Source of the DNA: Candidatus Omnitrophota bacterium
GTDB taxonomy: Bacteria > Omnitrophota > Gorgyraeia > Gygaellales > Profunditerraquicolaceae
Length of the DNA: 64,000 bases
NCBI GenBank assembly: GCA_050012075.1
Contig: JBEKHW010000004.1
Coordinates: 8,864 to 72,863, forward strand
Direction: 5' to 3'
In this document: one piece after another, positions 50,443 through 59,286 of the stretch
How positions within the stretch are numbered: position 1 is the stretch's first letter
Layout: each line of letters begins with the position of its first letter
Translations under genes and position numbers: made by a program
The notes under the pieces: model-generated
What the model was told of the DNA's origin: nothing
What the model saw: the letters and a program-made list of their open reading frames with translations, nothing else
The model's database searches: none

Positions 50443-50457
50443 AAGGGAGGTATACCA

Positions 50458-50853
50458 ATGGGAAATTTCAAAGAATTATTTCAAGATGCCGACTGGAAGG
50501 CAGAAAAACACGTTCCGGTAATAGAGGTTTCGGATAAGATAATCAAAGGAGAATTCTTTAAGATTACGGTAACCGTGGGTAAAGAAATCGCGCACCCCAA
50601 CAAAACAGAGCATCATATCCGCTGGATAGCGGTTTATTTTCTCCCTAAGGGAGAAAAATTTCCCTATCAGATTGGAAAAGCTGAATTTAGCGCCCACGGC
50701 GAATCTGCCCAGGGCCCGGATACCAGCACCGTATATACGTACCATGAGGCTAGCTTGAGTTTTAAAACAGAAAAACCCGGTACGATTTACGCATCAAGTT
50801 ACTGTAATATACACGGGTTATGGGAGAATGCAAAAGAAATAACCTTAAGTTAA
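50458..50853 (+). CDS. Superoxide reductase-like (neelaredoxin / class II SORL) protein
   Basis: EKHVP, HPNKTEHHIRWI, YCNIHGLW; SD GGAGG selects ATG 50458. Confidence 0.92.
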   Translation: MGNFKELFQDADWKAEKHVPVIEVSDKIIKGEFFKITVTVGKEIAHPNKTEHHIRWIAVYFLPKGEKFPYQIGKAEFSAHGESAQGPDTSTVYTYHEASLSFKTEKPGTIYASSYCNIHGLWENAKEITLS

Positions 50854-50910
50854 CCAGGCTAACTTTAGAAAAAGTTCCTATTACGGACAACAAAGTATGA
50901 GGTGTTAGAT

Positions 50911-51099
50911 ATGAAAGCTAGAGTCGACCCGGATATTTGCATCGGTTGCACATTATGTGTACAAACATGTCCAGCGGTATTCAGGATGGACGGTGAGAAA
51001 GCCGTTGCGTATTTAAATCCTGTACCAAAAAACGTTGAGGATGCCTGTAGGAACGCAGCAGATGAATGTCCTGTGACCGCGATAATAATTGAAGGGTAG
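50911..51099 (+). CDS. Ferredoxin
   Basis: CIGCTLCVQTCP...ECPVTAI; SD GAGGTG. Confidence 0.92.
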   Translation: MKARVDPDICIGCTLCVQTCPAVFRMDGEKAVAYLNPVPKNVEDACRNAADECPVTAIIIEG

Positions 51100-51109
51100 G
51101 TAAACGCAG

Positions 51110-51517
51110 ATGGCAAAGATATCTGGAAAGCTTAAAGAGTATTTAAGGAATCATCTGGCGTTTGTGGCGACCGCTGATCTAAAAGGCAGGCCCAACGTGG
51201 TGCCTAAGGGAAATCTGGCTGTTTTAGATGAAGGCACAATAGTTTTTGCGGATTTGTATAATCACCAGACCAAAAAGAATTTACTGGTAAATCCTAATAT
51301 CGCCATTACGGTAGTAAATCCGGCAGGTTATACCGGATACCAGCTCAAAGGCAAGGCGAAGATTATAGGGCGCGGATTAGAATACGATAAACTTGTCAAA
51401 CTACTCGGCCAGGACGGCCAGCTTAGCCACCCTGACGCAAAATACGCGGTAAAGGCTAACGTCACTAAAATTATCGATATAGGTTACGGAGAGTTCGCGG
51501 ATAAGGAGATAAGATAA
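51110..51517 (+). CDS. Pyridoxamine 5'-phosphate oxidase-like FMN-binding protein
   Basis: FVATAD..G.PNVVPKG, T..NL..NP.IA, GYQLKGKA. Confidence 0.85.
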   Translation: MAKISGKLKEYLRNHLAFVATADLKGRPNVVPKGNLAVLDEGTIVFADLYNHQTKKNLLVNPNIAITVVNPAGYTGYQLKGKAKIIGRGLEYDKLVKLLGQDGQLSHPDAKYAVKANVTKIIDIGYGEFADKEIR

Positions 51518-51542
51518 CGGTTCTAACCCCCCAATTTTTATC

Positions 51543-51571
51543 TTGCCAAAATTCCTCTAAAATAGTATCAT
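51543..51571 (+). promoter_or_regulatory. sigma70 promoter of the tRNA operon
   Basis: TTGCCA, 17 nt, TATCAT. Confidence 0.55.
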
Positions 51572-51647
51572 ATAGTATTACTTTCTGGTCATGGGTTATC
51601 CCCTAAAACGGGGTATCGCTATGCGGCGGTACAGAGCCTAGATTTTG

Positions 51648-51719
51648 GGGCCCATAGCTCAGCGGTAGAGCAGGAGACTCATAATCTCTTGGTCCGGGGT
51701 TCGAATCCCTGTGGGCCCA
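51648..51719 (+). tRNA. tRNA with CAT anticodon, most likely tRNA-Ile2 (lysidine)
   Basis: Cloverleaf GGGCCCA..CTCATAA..GGTTCGAAT..TGGGCCCA; G1-C72 paired, C4/C5 TilS-type pairs; CCA not encoded. Confidence 0.9.
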
Positions 51720-51757
51720 GTTCGTTAACCGTTAGTCGCTTAACCAGTAACGAGAAC

Positions 51758-51834
51758 GGGCGCATAGCTCAGTTGGTTAGAGCGCTACACTCACATTGTA
51801 GAGGTCGAGGGTTCAATTCCTTCTGCGCCCACCA
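51758..51834 (+). tRNA. tRNA-Val(CAC)
   Basis: GGGCGCA..anticodon arm CTACA-CTCACAT-TGTAG..TGCGCCCACCA. Confidence 0.95.
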
Positions 51835-51861
51835 TATTGCTTTTTATAAAAAAGGAGAAGA

Positions 51862-52584
51862 TTGTTGATAACCGTAAACCTAAAAGCGCAACTGGAAATA
51901 CTAGTGAAGCTGCAGGCGATAGACACCGAAATCTACAATCTCAAGGCCGAAAAGGAAGCTAAGCCGCAGCAGCTTAAAGAGATAGAAGCCTTGTTTGAAG
52001 AGAAGAAACAGAAGATGGCTTCCCTTGAAAAGAACCTGCTGGATTTGCAGAAAGAGAGGAAAGATAAAGAACTGGAGTTAGGTTCTAAAGAGGAATCAGG
52101 CAAGAAATTGCAGTCCCAGCTTTATTCCTTAAAGACCAATAAGGAATATCAGACGATGTTGCAGCAGATACAGGATGCCAAGGCAGACGTTTCTTTAATT
52201 GAAGATAAAATCTTGGCTATCCTGGATGAGACTGATAAGTTAAAGATAGAAGTAGAAAAGGAGAAGGCACGGCTTAAAGAAGAAGAAAAGGTTTTTTCAA
52301 GCCAAAAGAATGCAATCGAGGCCAGGATCAGAGAAATAGACGACCATCTTGCGCAATTAGAGACGCAGAGGAAGCAGGTTATCCCGGAAGTAGATGTAAA
52401 AATACTGGCACAATATGATAGGATCCTTAAGAGCCGCGATGGTTTGGCGATTGTAGCCGTTATAAATAATTCCTGCAAAGGCTGCAATATGTTCGTGCCG
52501 CCGCAGGTAATAAACCTTATAAAGATGTATGAGCGCATGATCACCTGCGAGGTGTGCAACAGGATATTATATACCAATGAATGA
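51862..52584 (+). CDS. Coiled-coil + C4 zinc-ribbon protein (DUF164/CT398-like)
   Basis: LQAID, KTNKEY, CKGCNM..CEVCNRILY. Confidence 0.88.
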   Translation: MLITVNLKAQLEILVKLQAIDTEIYNLKAEKEAKPQQLKEIEALFEEKKQKMASLEKNLLDLQKERKDKELELGSKEESGKKLQSQLYSLKTNKEYQTMLQQIQDAKADVSLIEDKILAILDETDKLKIEVEKEKARLKEEEKVFSSQKNAIEARIREIDDHLAQLETQRKQVIPEVDVKILAQYDRILKSRDGLAIVAVINNSCKGCNMFVPPQVINLIKMYERMITCEVCNRILYTNE

Positions 52585-52993
52585 ACTGGAGATCTACATT
52601 GACGGCGCATCGAAAGGTAACCCCGGGCCAAGCGGGATAGGGGTGGTTATCTGTAAAGAAGGCCAAACTATTAAGAACATTTCTAACTATATCGGCAATG
52701 CCACCAACAACGTTGCGGAATACACCGCTCTTATTTTCGCTCTGCAGGAGGCCTTAAAGATGAGGGCGGAGATCCTAAAAATAAATACCGATAGCCAGTT
52801 ATTATATAGCCAGCTTAACCGTACCTATAAAGTAAAAAGTGAGAATATTATCGGCCTGTTTAAAGAGGCTTCGCATTTACTTTCGGTTTTTAAAAAAGTT
52901 TGCATTACCAATATTCCCCGCGAGAAAAACCGGGGCGCGGATAAATTAGCCACACAGGCGGTAAAGAAACACTTAAAGAAAACGATTCTTTGA
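52577..52993 (+). CDS. rnhA: Ribonuclease HI
   Basis: DGASKGNPG, TNNVAEY, TDSQL, PREKN..AD. Confidence 0.9.
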   Translation: MNELEIYIDGASKGNPGPSGIGVVICKEGQTIKNISNYIGNATNNVAEYTALIFALQEALKMRAEILKINTDSQLLYSQLNRTYKVKSENIIGLFKEASHLLSVFKKVCITNIPREKNRGADKLATQAVKKHLKKTIL

Positions 52994-53005
52994 TAAGTGG
53001 ACAGG

Positions 53006-53055
53006 CCCCGTTAGACGGGGCAGTCCTGTTAGATAAAGTCGTCTAACGGGGCAGG
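53006..53055. mobile_element. CCCCGTTAGA..TCTAACGGGG mini-element inserted in P1 of rnpB
   Basis: Inverted termini, flanked by CAGG direct repeats (53002-05 and 53052-55). Confidence 0.75.
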
Positions 53056-53244
53056 TAGGATGTGGCCGCCCGCCATTGAATAAATGGCGGGAGGAAAGTC
53101 CGGGCTCCAGAGGACAGCGTAACGGGTAACGCCCGTCTCCGCCGGATAATACCGGTGGAAGGATCTCCGCCATAATACATGGCGGACCCGCCAATATTTT
53201 TGGCGGGAGAGCCACAGAGACGAGCAACCGTTGCTTCGCAACGG

Positions 53245-53318
53245 AGTTAATAGTTGATAGTTCATAGTTGATGGTTTAAAGGTAAAACTAAGAACCATGA
53301 ACAATGAACCATGAACTC
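53245..53318. repeat. Heptamer inverted array forming an extended P12 in rnpB
   Basis: agttaat agttgat agttcat agttgat ... aactaag aaccatg aacaatg aaccatg aactc. Confidence 0.85.
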
Positions 53319-53572
53319 CCGCGCGAAGCGCGGGGAGGTGAAACGAGGCAATCTCTACGCGGAGCAAGGCCCAATAGGAGATGAGCGCTGGTCCGGCGCA
53401 TCCCTGTCAAGCTATTCAATAGCAGGCGGGGATTTAATCTCGGGTAAGCTGCTTGAGCCCCTACGGCAACGTCGGGGTCGAGAGGAATGGCCACTTTGGA
53501 TGCGGTTATTCGTATCGAGACAGAACCCGGCTTATCCTACCTGTCCCACTTATTACGAATATGCAGGAACTA

Positions 53573-53648
53573 GTCACCAAGATACCATGTCACCACGTCA
53601 CAAGTAAAATCTTTGACTTGTGACTTTGTGACGTTGTGTCATTGCGAC
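53573..53648. repeat. GTCACCAA/TTTGTGAC octamer inverted array
   Basis: gtcaccaa gataccat gtcaccac gtcacaag ... cttgtgac tttgtgac gttgtgtc attgcgac. Confidence 0.85.
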
Positions 53649-53674
53649 CATTATTAATTTAACGGGAGGCTAAA

Positions 53675-54433
53675 ATGTCTGGTCATTCAAAATGGAAGAC
53701 GAATAAAGGCAAAAAGATGGCGGCCGATGCCAAAAAAGGCGCTGCCTACACGAAAATCATCAAAGAGATTACTGTTGTCGCGCGCGAAGGCGGCGGTAAC
53801 CCCGATACTAACCCTAAGTTAAGGACCGTTATTGCCAGGGCGCGTGAACTTAATATGCCTTCTGATAACGTTAAGATGGCGATAAAAAGAGGCACTGGTG
53901 AATTGCCGGGCGTAATTTATGAATCGGTAGTATATGAAGCATACGGTCCAGGCGGGGTAGCTATTCTGGTTGAGGCGCTTACCGATAATAAGAACCGCAC
54001 TACTGCTGAATTGCGCAATATCATGTCTAAAAAAGGCGCTAATATGGCGGGCGCGGGCTCAGTAAGCTGGATGTTCGCCAAGAAGGGTTATATCACCGTT
54101 GATAAGACACAGGCGAAAGAAGACGATCTTATGGTGCTTCTTGATTCCGGGGCGGAAGATATAAAAGCAGAAGACCCGAAACAATTCGAGATTATCACCT
54201 CTACCGAAGGGCTGGAAAAGGTAAAAGCTGCAATGGAAGCGCAAAAGATCCCCTATATTTCGGCAGAAGTAACAATGATTCCTTCTTCTACCATTAAACT
54301 CGCAGGTAATGAAGCTAAACAGCTGTTATCGCTTATTGAGGCATTAGAAGAACATGATGACGTACAACAGGTCTCCGCTAACTTTGACATCCCTGATGAA
54401 ATCCTGGAACAGGTAGCCGCAGAGTCAGAATGA
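53675..54433 (+). CDS. YebC/PmpR family protein
   Basis: MSGHSKW, YEAYGPGG, TDNKNRT, DDVQQV. Confidence 0.95.
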   Translation: MSGHSKWKTNKGKKMAADAKKGAAYTKIIKEITVVAREGGGNPDTNPKLRTVIARARELNMPSDNVKMAIKRGTGELPGVIYESVVYEAYGPGGVAILVEALTDNKNRTTAELRNIMSKKGANMAGAGSVSWMFAKKGYITVDKTQAKEDDLMVLLDSGAEDIKAEDPKQFEIITSTEGLEKVKAAMEAQKIPYISAEVTMIPSSTIKLAGNEAKQLLSLIEALEEHDDVQQVSANFDIPDEILEQVAAESE

Positions 54434-54912
54434 TAATATTGGGGATCGATCCTGCTTTGACGGTAACCGGCTACGGCGTTATCAATGTATCAGGCAGAGA
54501 GATCTCTTTGATAGAAGCCGGGGTCGTGACTACCTCTAGCAAGGATAACACTCCTCATCGGCTAGACAGGATTTACGAAGCAGTAACCAAACTTATCTCT
54601 GAAACCAGTCCCGATGTAATGGTGCTGGAGAAGTTATATGCGCATTATCGTCATCCTACTACCGCGTATTTGTTGGGACAGGCGAGGGGTGTGATTTGTT
54701 TGGCCTGCGCAAATAAAAATCTGCCGTTAGTAGAATATGCGGCTACGCGCGTCAAAAAGGCAGTTGTCGGAAAAGGGCTTGCTTCTAAATATCAGGTGCA
54801 GCGGATGGTTGCCAGCATGCTTAATATAAATAGATTGCCTAAATACACGGATGTGACTGATGCTTTGGCATTAGCCATTGCTCACAGCTATATAATGAGG
54901 TTCAAGATATGA
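54430..54912 (+). CDS. ruvC: Holliday junction resolvase RuvC
   Basis: ILGIDP, LGQARG, VKKAVVG.G.ASK, DVTDALALA. Confidence 0.95.
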   Translation: MIILGIDPALTVTGYGVINVSGREISLIEAGVVTTSSKDNTPHRLDRIYEAVTKLISETSPDVMVLEKLYAHYRHPTTAYLLGQARGVICLACANKNLPLVEYAATRVKKAVVGKGLASKYQVQRMVASMLNINRLPKYTDVTDALALAIAHSYIMRFKI

Positions 54913-55535
54913 TATCGCGGATCTCCGGAAAGGTGATTGAAAAGTGCGCGAGTTCCTTAATCATTGATACGGGAGGTATATGTTATGAAGTTTTGATTCC
55001 CGCCATGGTAATGGAGCGCATTCAGGAAAGCATAGATCCTGACGGCAGGATTTCCCTGGTAACATTTCATTATTTACAGGTTGAGCCGTCAAAAACTTTT
55101 CCGGTCCTGGTCGGTTTTGCCAATGACGTTGAGAGGAGTTTTTTTGAAGTTTTTATTACTGTTTCGGGGATAGGGCCACGGGCGGCATTAAAAGCCCTGA
55201 ATAAGCCGATCCCATTGATAGCGCGCGCAATAGATGAAGGGGACTTAAGTTTTTTAAAGTCGCTTCCTGGAATAGGAGAGCAGCGGGCGAAGGAGATCGT
55301 AGCTAAACTGCAGAATAAAGTCGGTAAATTTGCCCTCATAAAAGATAAGAGGATAACCTCTGATTCTATAAAGGCAAGGGATATAACCGAGGAGGCATTG
55401 GCAGTGCTTATGCAGCTGGAATACAAAAAGGCAGAGGCGCTTAATATGATAAAACGGGCGCTGGAGATTGCCCCGGATATACAGACGGCAGAGGAAGTTT
55501 TAAATGTGGTCTATAAACAAAGGAAGGCAAAATAA
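54909..55535 (+). CDS. ruvA: Holliday junction branch-migration protein RuvA
   Basis: MISRISG, GGICYE, VSGIGP, LPGIG. Confidence 0.92.
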   Translation: MISRISGKVIEKCASSLIIDTGGICYEVLIPAMVMERIQESIDPDGRISLVTFHYLQVEPSKTFPVLVGFANDVERSFFEVFITVSGIGPRAALKALNKPIPLIARAIDEGDLSFLKSLPGIGEQRAKEIVAKLQNKVGKFALIKDKRITSDSIKARDITEEALAVLMQLEYKKAEALNMIKRALEIAPDIQTAEEVLNVVYKQRKAK

Positions 55536-55537
55536 CG

Positions 55538-56137
55538 ATGTCGGAAGATAATTTAAAATCGGTGATAGAGGCATTGCTTTTTGCCAGCGAAAAACCCATG
55601 ACCATTGAGCAGGCAAGGAAGGTGCTTGATAATCTAGACGCTACCAAGGTGCGCCAGGTTATCGAAGAGATACAGGCGGATTATGCGGCGGCCAATCGCG
55701 GTATACGCATTGTTGAAGTCGCGGGCGGTTTTCAGATGATTACCGCGCCTGGTTTTGCTTCATTTTTAAAAAAGCTTTTTAAGGAGCGCCATGTGGAGCG
55801 GCTCTCTAAACCGGCTCTCGAGACCTTGGCGATTATTGCTTATAAGCAGCCCCTGACGAAACAGGAAATAGAGTCGCTTCGGAACGTCAACGTCGATGGA
55901 GTCATGAAAAATCTTTTGGATAAAGACCTGATACGCATTTCCGGAAGAAAGAAAGCGCCGGGCAGGCCCTATGTATTCGGCACCACGCGTCAGTTCCTGG
56001 AATATTTTGGTTTAAAATCGCTTGAGGAATTACCTAAAATGGAAGAGTTTTCTACTCTCGTGGCTAATACCACAGGGGAATCGGAAATAGAGAAAATAGA
56101 GGAGGATATAAATGAGCCTCAAAAAACTGCGCAGTAA
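55538..56137 (+). CDS. scpB: SMC-ScpAB complex subunit ScpB
   Basis: IEALLFAS, LSKPALETLAIIAYKQP, GTTRQFLEYFGL. Confidence 0.95.
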   Translation: MSEDNLKSVIEALLFASEKPMTIEQARKVLDNLDATKVRQVIEEIQADYAAANRGIRIVEVAGGFQMITAPGFASFLKKLFKERHVERLSKPALETLAIIAYKQPLTKQEIESLRNVNVDGVMKNLLDKDLIRISGRKKAPGRPYVFGTTRQFLEYFGLKSLEELPKMEEFSTLVANTTGESEIEKIEEDINEPQKTAQ

Positions 56138-57173
56138 AATAGATAACCTGGACAGAAAAATAACACAGTTGCTTAACCTGCGGGCGAAAGTCGCTTTGGA
56201 TATTGCCAGGCAGAAACAGAAAAGCGGGATAAGCGCCTATGCGCCTGAGAGGGAAAGGGTGGTGTTAGAAAAAGTAGCTAATTTAAGCCGCGGTCCTCTG
56301 ACTAAAGATGCCCTGGAGGCAATTTACCGGGAGATTATGTCTGCGAGCTTAAGCATGAATGAACCTTTGGTGATAGCCTATATGGGGCCGCAGGCAAGTT
56401 TCAGCAATTTCGCCGCCCTAAAAAGGTTCGGTTCCCAGGTGAAATATGCCCCTTGCGAAAGCATTACGGATGTTTTCGAGGAGGTAGAAAAGGGCAATGC
56501 CGAATACGGGGTTGTCCCGGTTGAGAATTCCATTGAGGGTGCTGTAACTTATACGCTGGATATGTTCGTGGATTCGGATTTAAAAATATGCAGCCAGATT
56601 ATTCTGGATATTTCGCATAGCCTCTTAGCAAATTGTCCCAAGGGTAAGATTAAACGGGTATATTCTAACCCCCAGGTTTTGGGGCAGTGCCGGATATGGC
56701 TTCAGGAGAATCTTCCCGGTGTAGAAACAATCGAGGTATCCAGTACAACGCGAGCCGCGCAAATTGCAGCAAAAGAAAAAAACAGCGCTTGTATCGCTTC
56801 GATCCTGGCGGCTAAAATTTATAAATTAAAGGTGTTGGCTTCAGATATCGAAGATTCGCCGCATAATATTACCCGTTTTTTTGTCATTGGTAAAAATGAC
56901 GTCGCACCCACTAGACACGATAAAACTTCAATCCTTTTTTCCATCAAAGACAAGGTAGGCGCACTGCATGATATGCTCGTGCCATTCAAAAAATACGGCA
57001 TTAACCTGACAAAAATCGAATCGCGGCCTTCCAAGAAAAAGGCCTGGGATTATTATTTCTACCTTGATTTAGAGGGCCACTACGATGATCCCAAGGTCAG
57101 GAAAGCTTTAAGAGAATTAGAAAGTAAATGCAAGTTCTTGAAAATTTTAGGATCGTATCCGACAGGAGAATAA
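56112..57173 (+). CDS. pheA: Chorismate mutase / prephenate dehydratase
   Basis: CM domain, PVENSIEG, NITRF, LTKIESRP. Confidence 0.95.
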   Translation: MSLKKLRSKIDNLDRKITQLLNLRAKVALDIARQKQKSGISAYAPERERVVLEKVANLSRGPLTKDALEAIYREIMSASLSMNEPLVIAYMGPQASFSNFAALKRFGSQVKYAPCESITDVFEEVEKGNAEYGVVPVENSIEGAVTYTLDMFVDSDLKICSQIILDISHSLLANCPKGKIKRVYSNPQVLGQCRIWLQENLPGVETIEVSSTTRAAQIAAKEKNSACIASILAAKIYKLKVLASDIEDSPHNITRFFVIGKNDVAPTRHDKTSILFSIKDKVGALHDMLVPFKKYGINLTKIESRPSKKKAWDYYFYLDLEGHYDDPKVRKALRELESKCKFLKILGSYPTGE

Positions 57174-57177
57174 ATAA

Positions 57178-58257
57178 GTGAATTTAGTCAGAAAGCATAT
57201 ATTAAAAATCGACCCTTATGAGGCCGGTAAACCTATTGAAGAGATCAAGCGGCAACTGGGCCTTCGCGAGGTGATTAAGCTCGCTTCTAACGAGAATCCG
57301 CTCGGGCCATCGCCAAAGGCAATAGCGGCAATCAAGAAGAACCTTTCTGTGCTTAACCGCTATCCGGACAGTAACGGTTTCTATCTAAAAAGACGCCTGG
57401 CCAGGTTTTTCGGTCTTACGCCCTCGAATATTGTCCTGGGCAATGGTTCTGATGAGCTTATTGATATTATCATCAAGACTTTCGTAGAAGAGGATGAGCA
57501 GATTATCACTGCTGATTTTACATTCCTGGAATATAAAATCATATCTTCTGTCAAGGGCCGAGCTGTAATTACCGTGCCGTTACGATACTTTAAGTATGAC
57601 CTGGAAGCGATTAAAAGAAGGATTGATAAGAAAACCAAAGTCATCTTTATAGCCAATCCGAATAATCCGACCGGCACATACGTTACTAAATACGAGATCG
57701 AGGAATTTATGCGCGGCCTTCCGGATAATATATTACTTGTTTTGGATGAGGCCTACGACGCTTTTGTTGATGTGAATGATTTTCCACGCAGCCTCGCTTA
57801 TATCCGCAGGAATAATGTCGTAGTGCTTAAGACATTTTCCAAGGCCTATGGCTTGGCAGGCCTACGGGTCGGTTTTGCATTGGCAAGGCCGGAACTTTGC
57901 GCGTATATGGAGATTGCCCGCCAGCCCTTTAATGTGAATTCTCTCGCCCAGGTAGCTGCCGAGGCCGCGCTAGACGACAAAGGATTCCTTAACCGGACAA
58001 GAAAGACGATCCTGGAAGGCAAGGGCTATCTTTACGATAACTTAAAGAGAATGGGGCTTGCTTATGTGCCAAGCGTAACAAACTTTATCCTGGTCGATGT
58101 TGGCAGGGATTGCGTAAGCTTGTTCAAAGATATGCTTAAATTCGGGGTAATCGTGCGCGATATGAAGCAATACGGGTTAAAGAATTTTATAAGAGTTACG
58201 ATAGGGACAAAAAAAGAAAATGAAAGGTTTATAAGGGTTCTTGCGAAAGTCCTTTAG
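57178..58257 (+). CDS. hisC: Histidinol-phosphate aminotransferase
   Basis: KLASNENP, GNGSDE, NPNNPTG, DEAY, TFSKAYGLAGLR. Confidence 0.93.
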   Translation: MNLVRKHILKIDPYEAGKPIEEIKRQLGLREVIKLASNENPLGPSPKAIAAIKKNLSVLNRYPDSNGFYLKRRLARFFGLTPSNIVLGNGSDELIDIIIKTFVEEDEQIITADFTFLEYKIISSVKGRAVITVPLRYFKYDLEAIKRRIDKKTKVIFIANPNNPTGTYVTKYEIEEFMRGLPDNILLVLDEAYDAFVDVNDFPRSLAYIRRNNVVVLKTFSKAYGLAGLRVGFALARPELCAYMEIARQPFNVNSLAQVAAEAALDDKGFLNRTRKTILEGKGYLYDNLKRMGLAYVPSVTNFILVDVGRDCVSLFKDMLKFGVIVRDMKQYGLKNFIRVTIGTKKENERFIRVLAKVL

Positions 58258-58269
58258 AAAGGAGAAACA

Positions 58270-59286
58270 ATGATTATTGTCCTCAGGCCTGAAGCGACAG
58301 AAGAACAGATAAATCATATTATCGATAAGGTAAAGAAGATAGGGCTTACTCCCCATGTGTCTAAAGGCACTGAGCGGACCATTATCGGGGTCATTGGGCC
58401 GGAAGACGTGCTGCGGGTGACACCCCTCGAGGTATTTCCCGGAGTAGAAAAAGTAATGCCGGTTCTGGCACCCTACAAATTAGTTTCCCGGGAATTCAGG
58501 CAACAGGGCTCGATAGTCGATCTGGGTAAAGGCATCAAGATCGGCGGAAAGAAAATTGTGGTCATGGCCGGACCATGCGCGATAGAGAATCCGGATACGC
58601 TTCGCGCCATAGCAAAAGAGATTAAGAAAGCAGGTGCCACGGTACTACGCGGAGGAGCCTTCAAGCCGCGGACGTCTCCTTACAGTTTTCAGGGTTTAGG
58701 AGAAGAAGGCCTGAAATATTTAAAAGAGGTAGGAGATGATTTGGGGTTGGCCACGGTAACCGAAGTCATGGATACGCGCGATGTTGAACTGGTAGTCAAA
58801 TACGCTGATGTCCTGCAGATCGGCGCGCGCAATATGCAGAATTTTAGTCTTCTGAAAGAAGTTGGAATGACAAAAAAGACGGTGGTATTAAAACGCGGAC
58901 TTTCTTCTACGGTAAAAGAACTGTTGATGTCCGCTGAATACATCCTTTCCGGAGGCAATTTCAACGTTATCCTCTGTGAACGCGGGATAAGGACTTTTGA
59001 GGATTTTACCCGTAACACCCTTGATGTCAGCGCCGTGCCGGTAGTAAAGCAGCTTTCGCATTTGCCAATCATAGTCGATCCTTCGCATGCAGCCGGGAAG
59101 TGGGGATTGGTTGCGCCATTATCTAAAGCATCGGTTGCCTGTGGCGCAGATGGGTTAATCATTGAAGTGCACAATAGCCCGGAAGACGCGCTTTCAGACG
59201 GTGCCCAGTCGCTTAAACCGGAAAACTTTGCTCAACTGATGCGCGATTTAAATACCTTAACGCAGGCAATAGGCAGGGAAATATAA
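58270..59286 (+). CDS. aroF: DAHP synthase (type I-beta)
   Basis: [32 protein letters not shown]. Confidence 0.94.
   Translation: MIIVLRPEATEEQINHIIDKVKKIGLTPHVSKGTERTIIGVIGPEDVLRVTPLEVFPGVEKVMPVLAPYKLVSREFRQQGSIVDLGKGIKIGGKKIVVMAGPCAIENPDTLRAIAKEIKKAGATVLRGGAFKPRTSPYSFQGLGEEGLKYLKEVGDDLGLATVTEVMDTRDVELVVKYADVLQIGARNMQNFSLLKEVGMTKKTVVLKRGLSSTVKELLMSAEYILSGGNFNVILCERGIRTFEDFTRNTLDVSAVPVVKQLSHLPIIVDPSHAAGKWGLVAPLSKASVACGADGLIIEVHNSPEDALSDGAQSLKPENFAQLMRDLNTLTQAIGREI

Larger units (their letters stand above)
52993..53553 (+). ncRNA. rnpB: RNase P RNA with multiple repeat insertions
   Basis: GAGGAAAGTCCGGGCTCCA (53091), GCCACAGA, GTGAAAC, GGAGCAAG, ACAGAACCCGGCTTA; P1 closes with atcctacctgtcccacttat. 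Confidence 0.95.

Noticed and set aside
50407-50457. Longer start for the SOR-like gene
   Set aside because: That ATG is inside the repeat stem; the SD at 50443-50450 points to ATG 50458.
49274-50471. Two similar minus-strand ORFs (49274-49615 and 50223-50471) that look like paralogous small proteins
   Set aside because: The shared peptide is only the antisense translation of the 119-bp palindromic repeat, with no SD or protein motif.
51581-51645. Small hairpins in the tRNA leader
   Set aside because: The stems are short, there is no second copy and no recognisable motif.
51648-51719. Initiator or elongator tRNA-Met
   Set aside because: G1-C72 is paired and there is no GGG/CCC anticodon stem; overall resemblance is to Ile2.
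51720-51757. Weakly periodic hairpin between the two tRNAs
   Set aside because: Too degenerate to assign to a repeat family.
53029-53607. ORFs 53029-53367, 53288-53494 and 53311-53607
   Set aside because: They overlap rnpB and its repeats.
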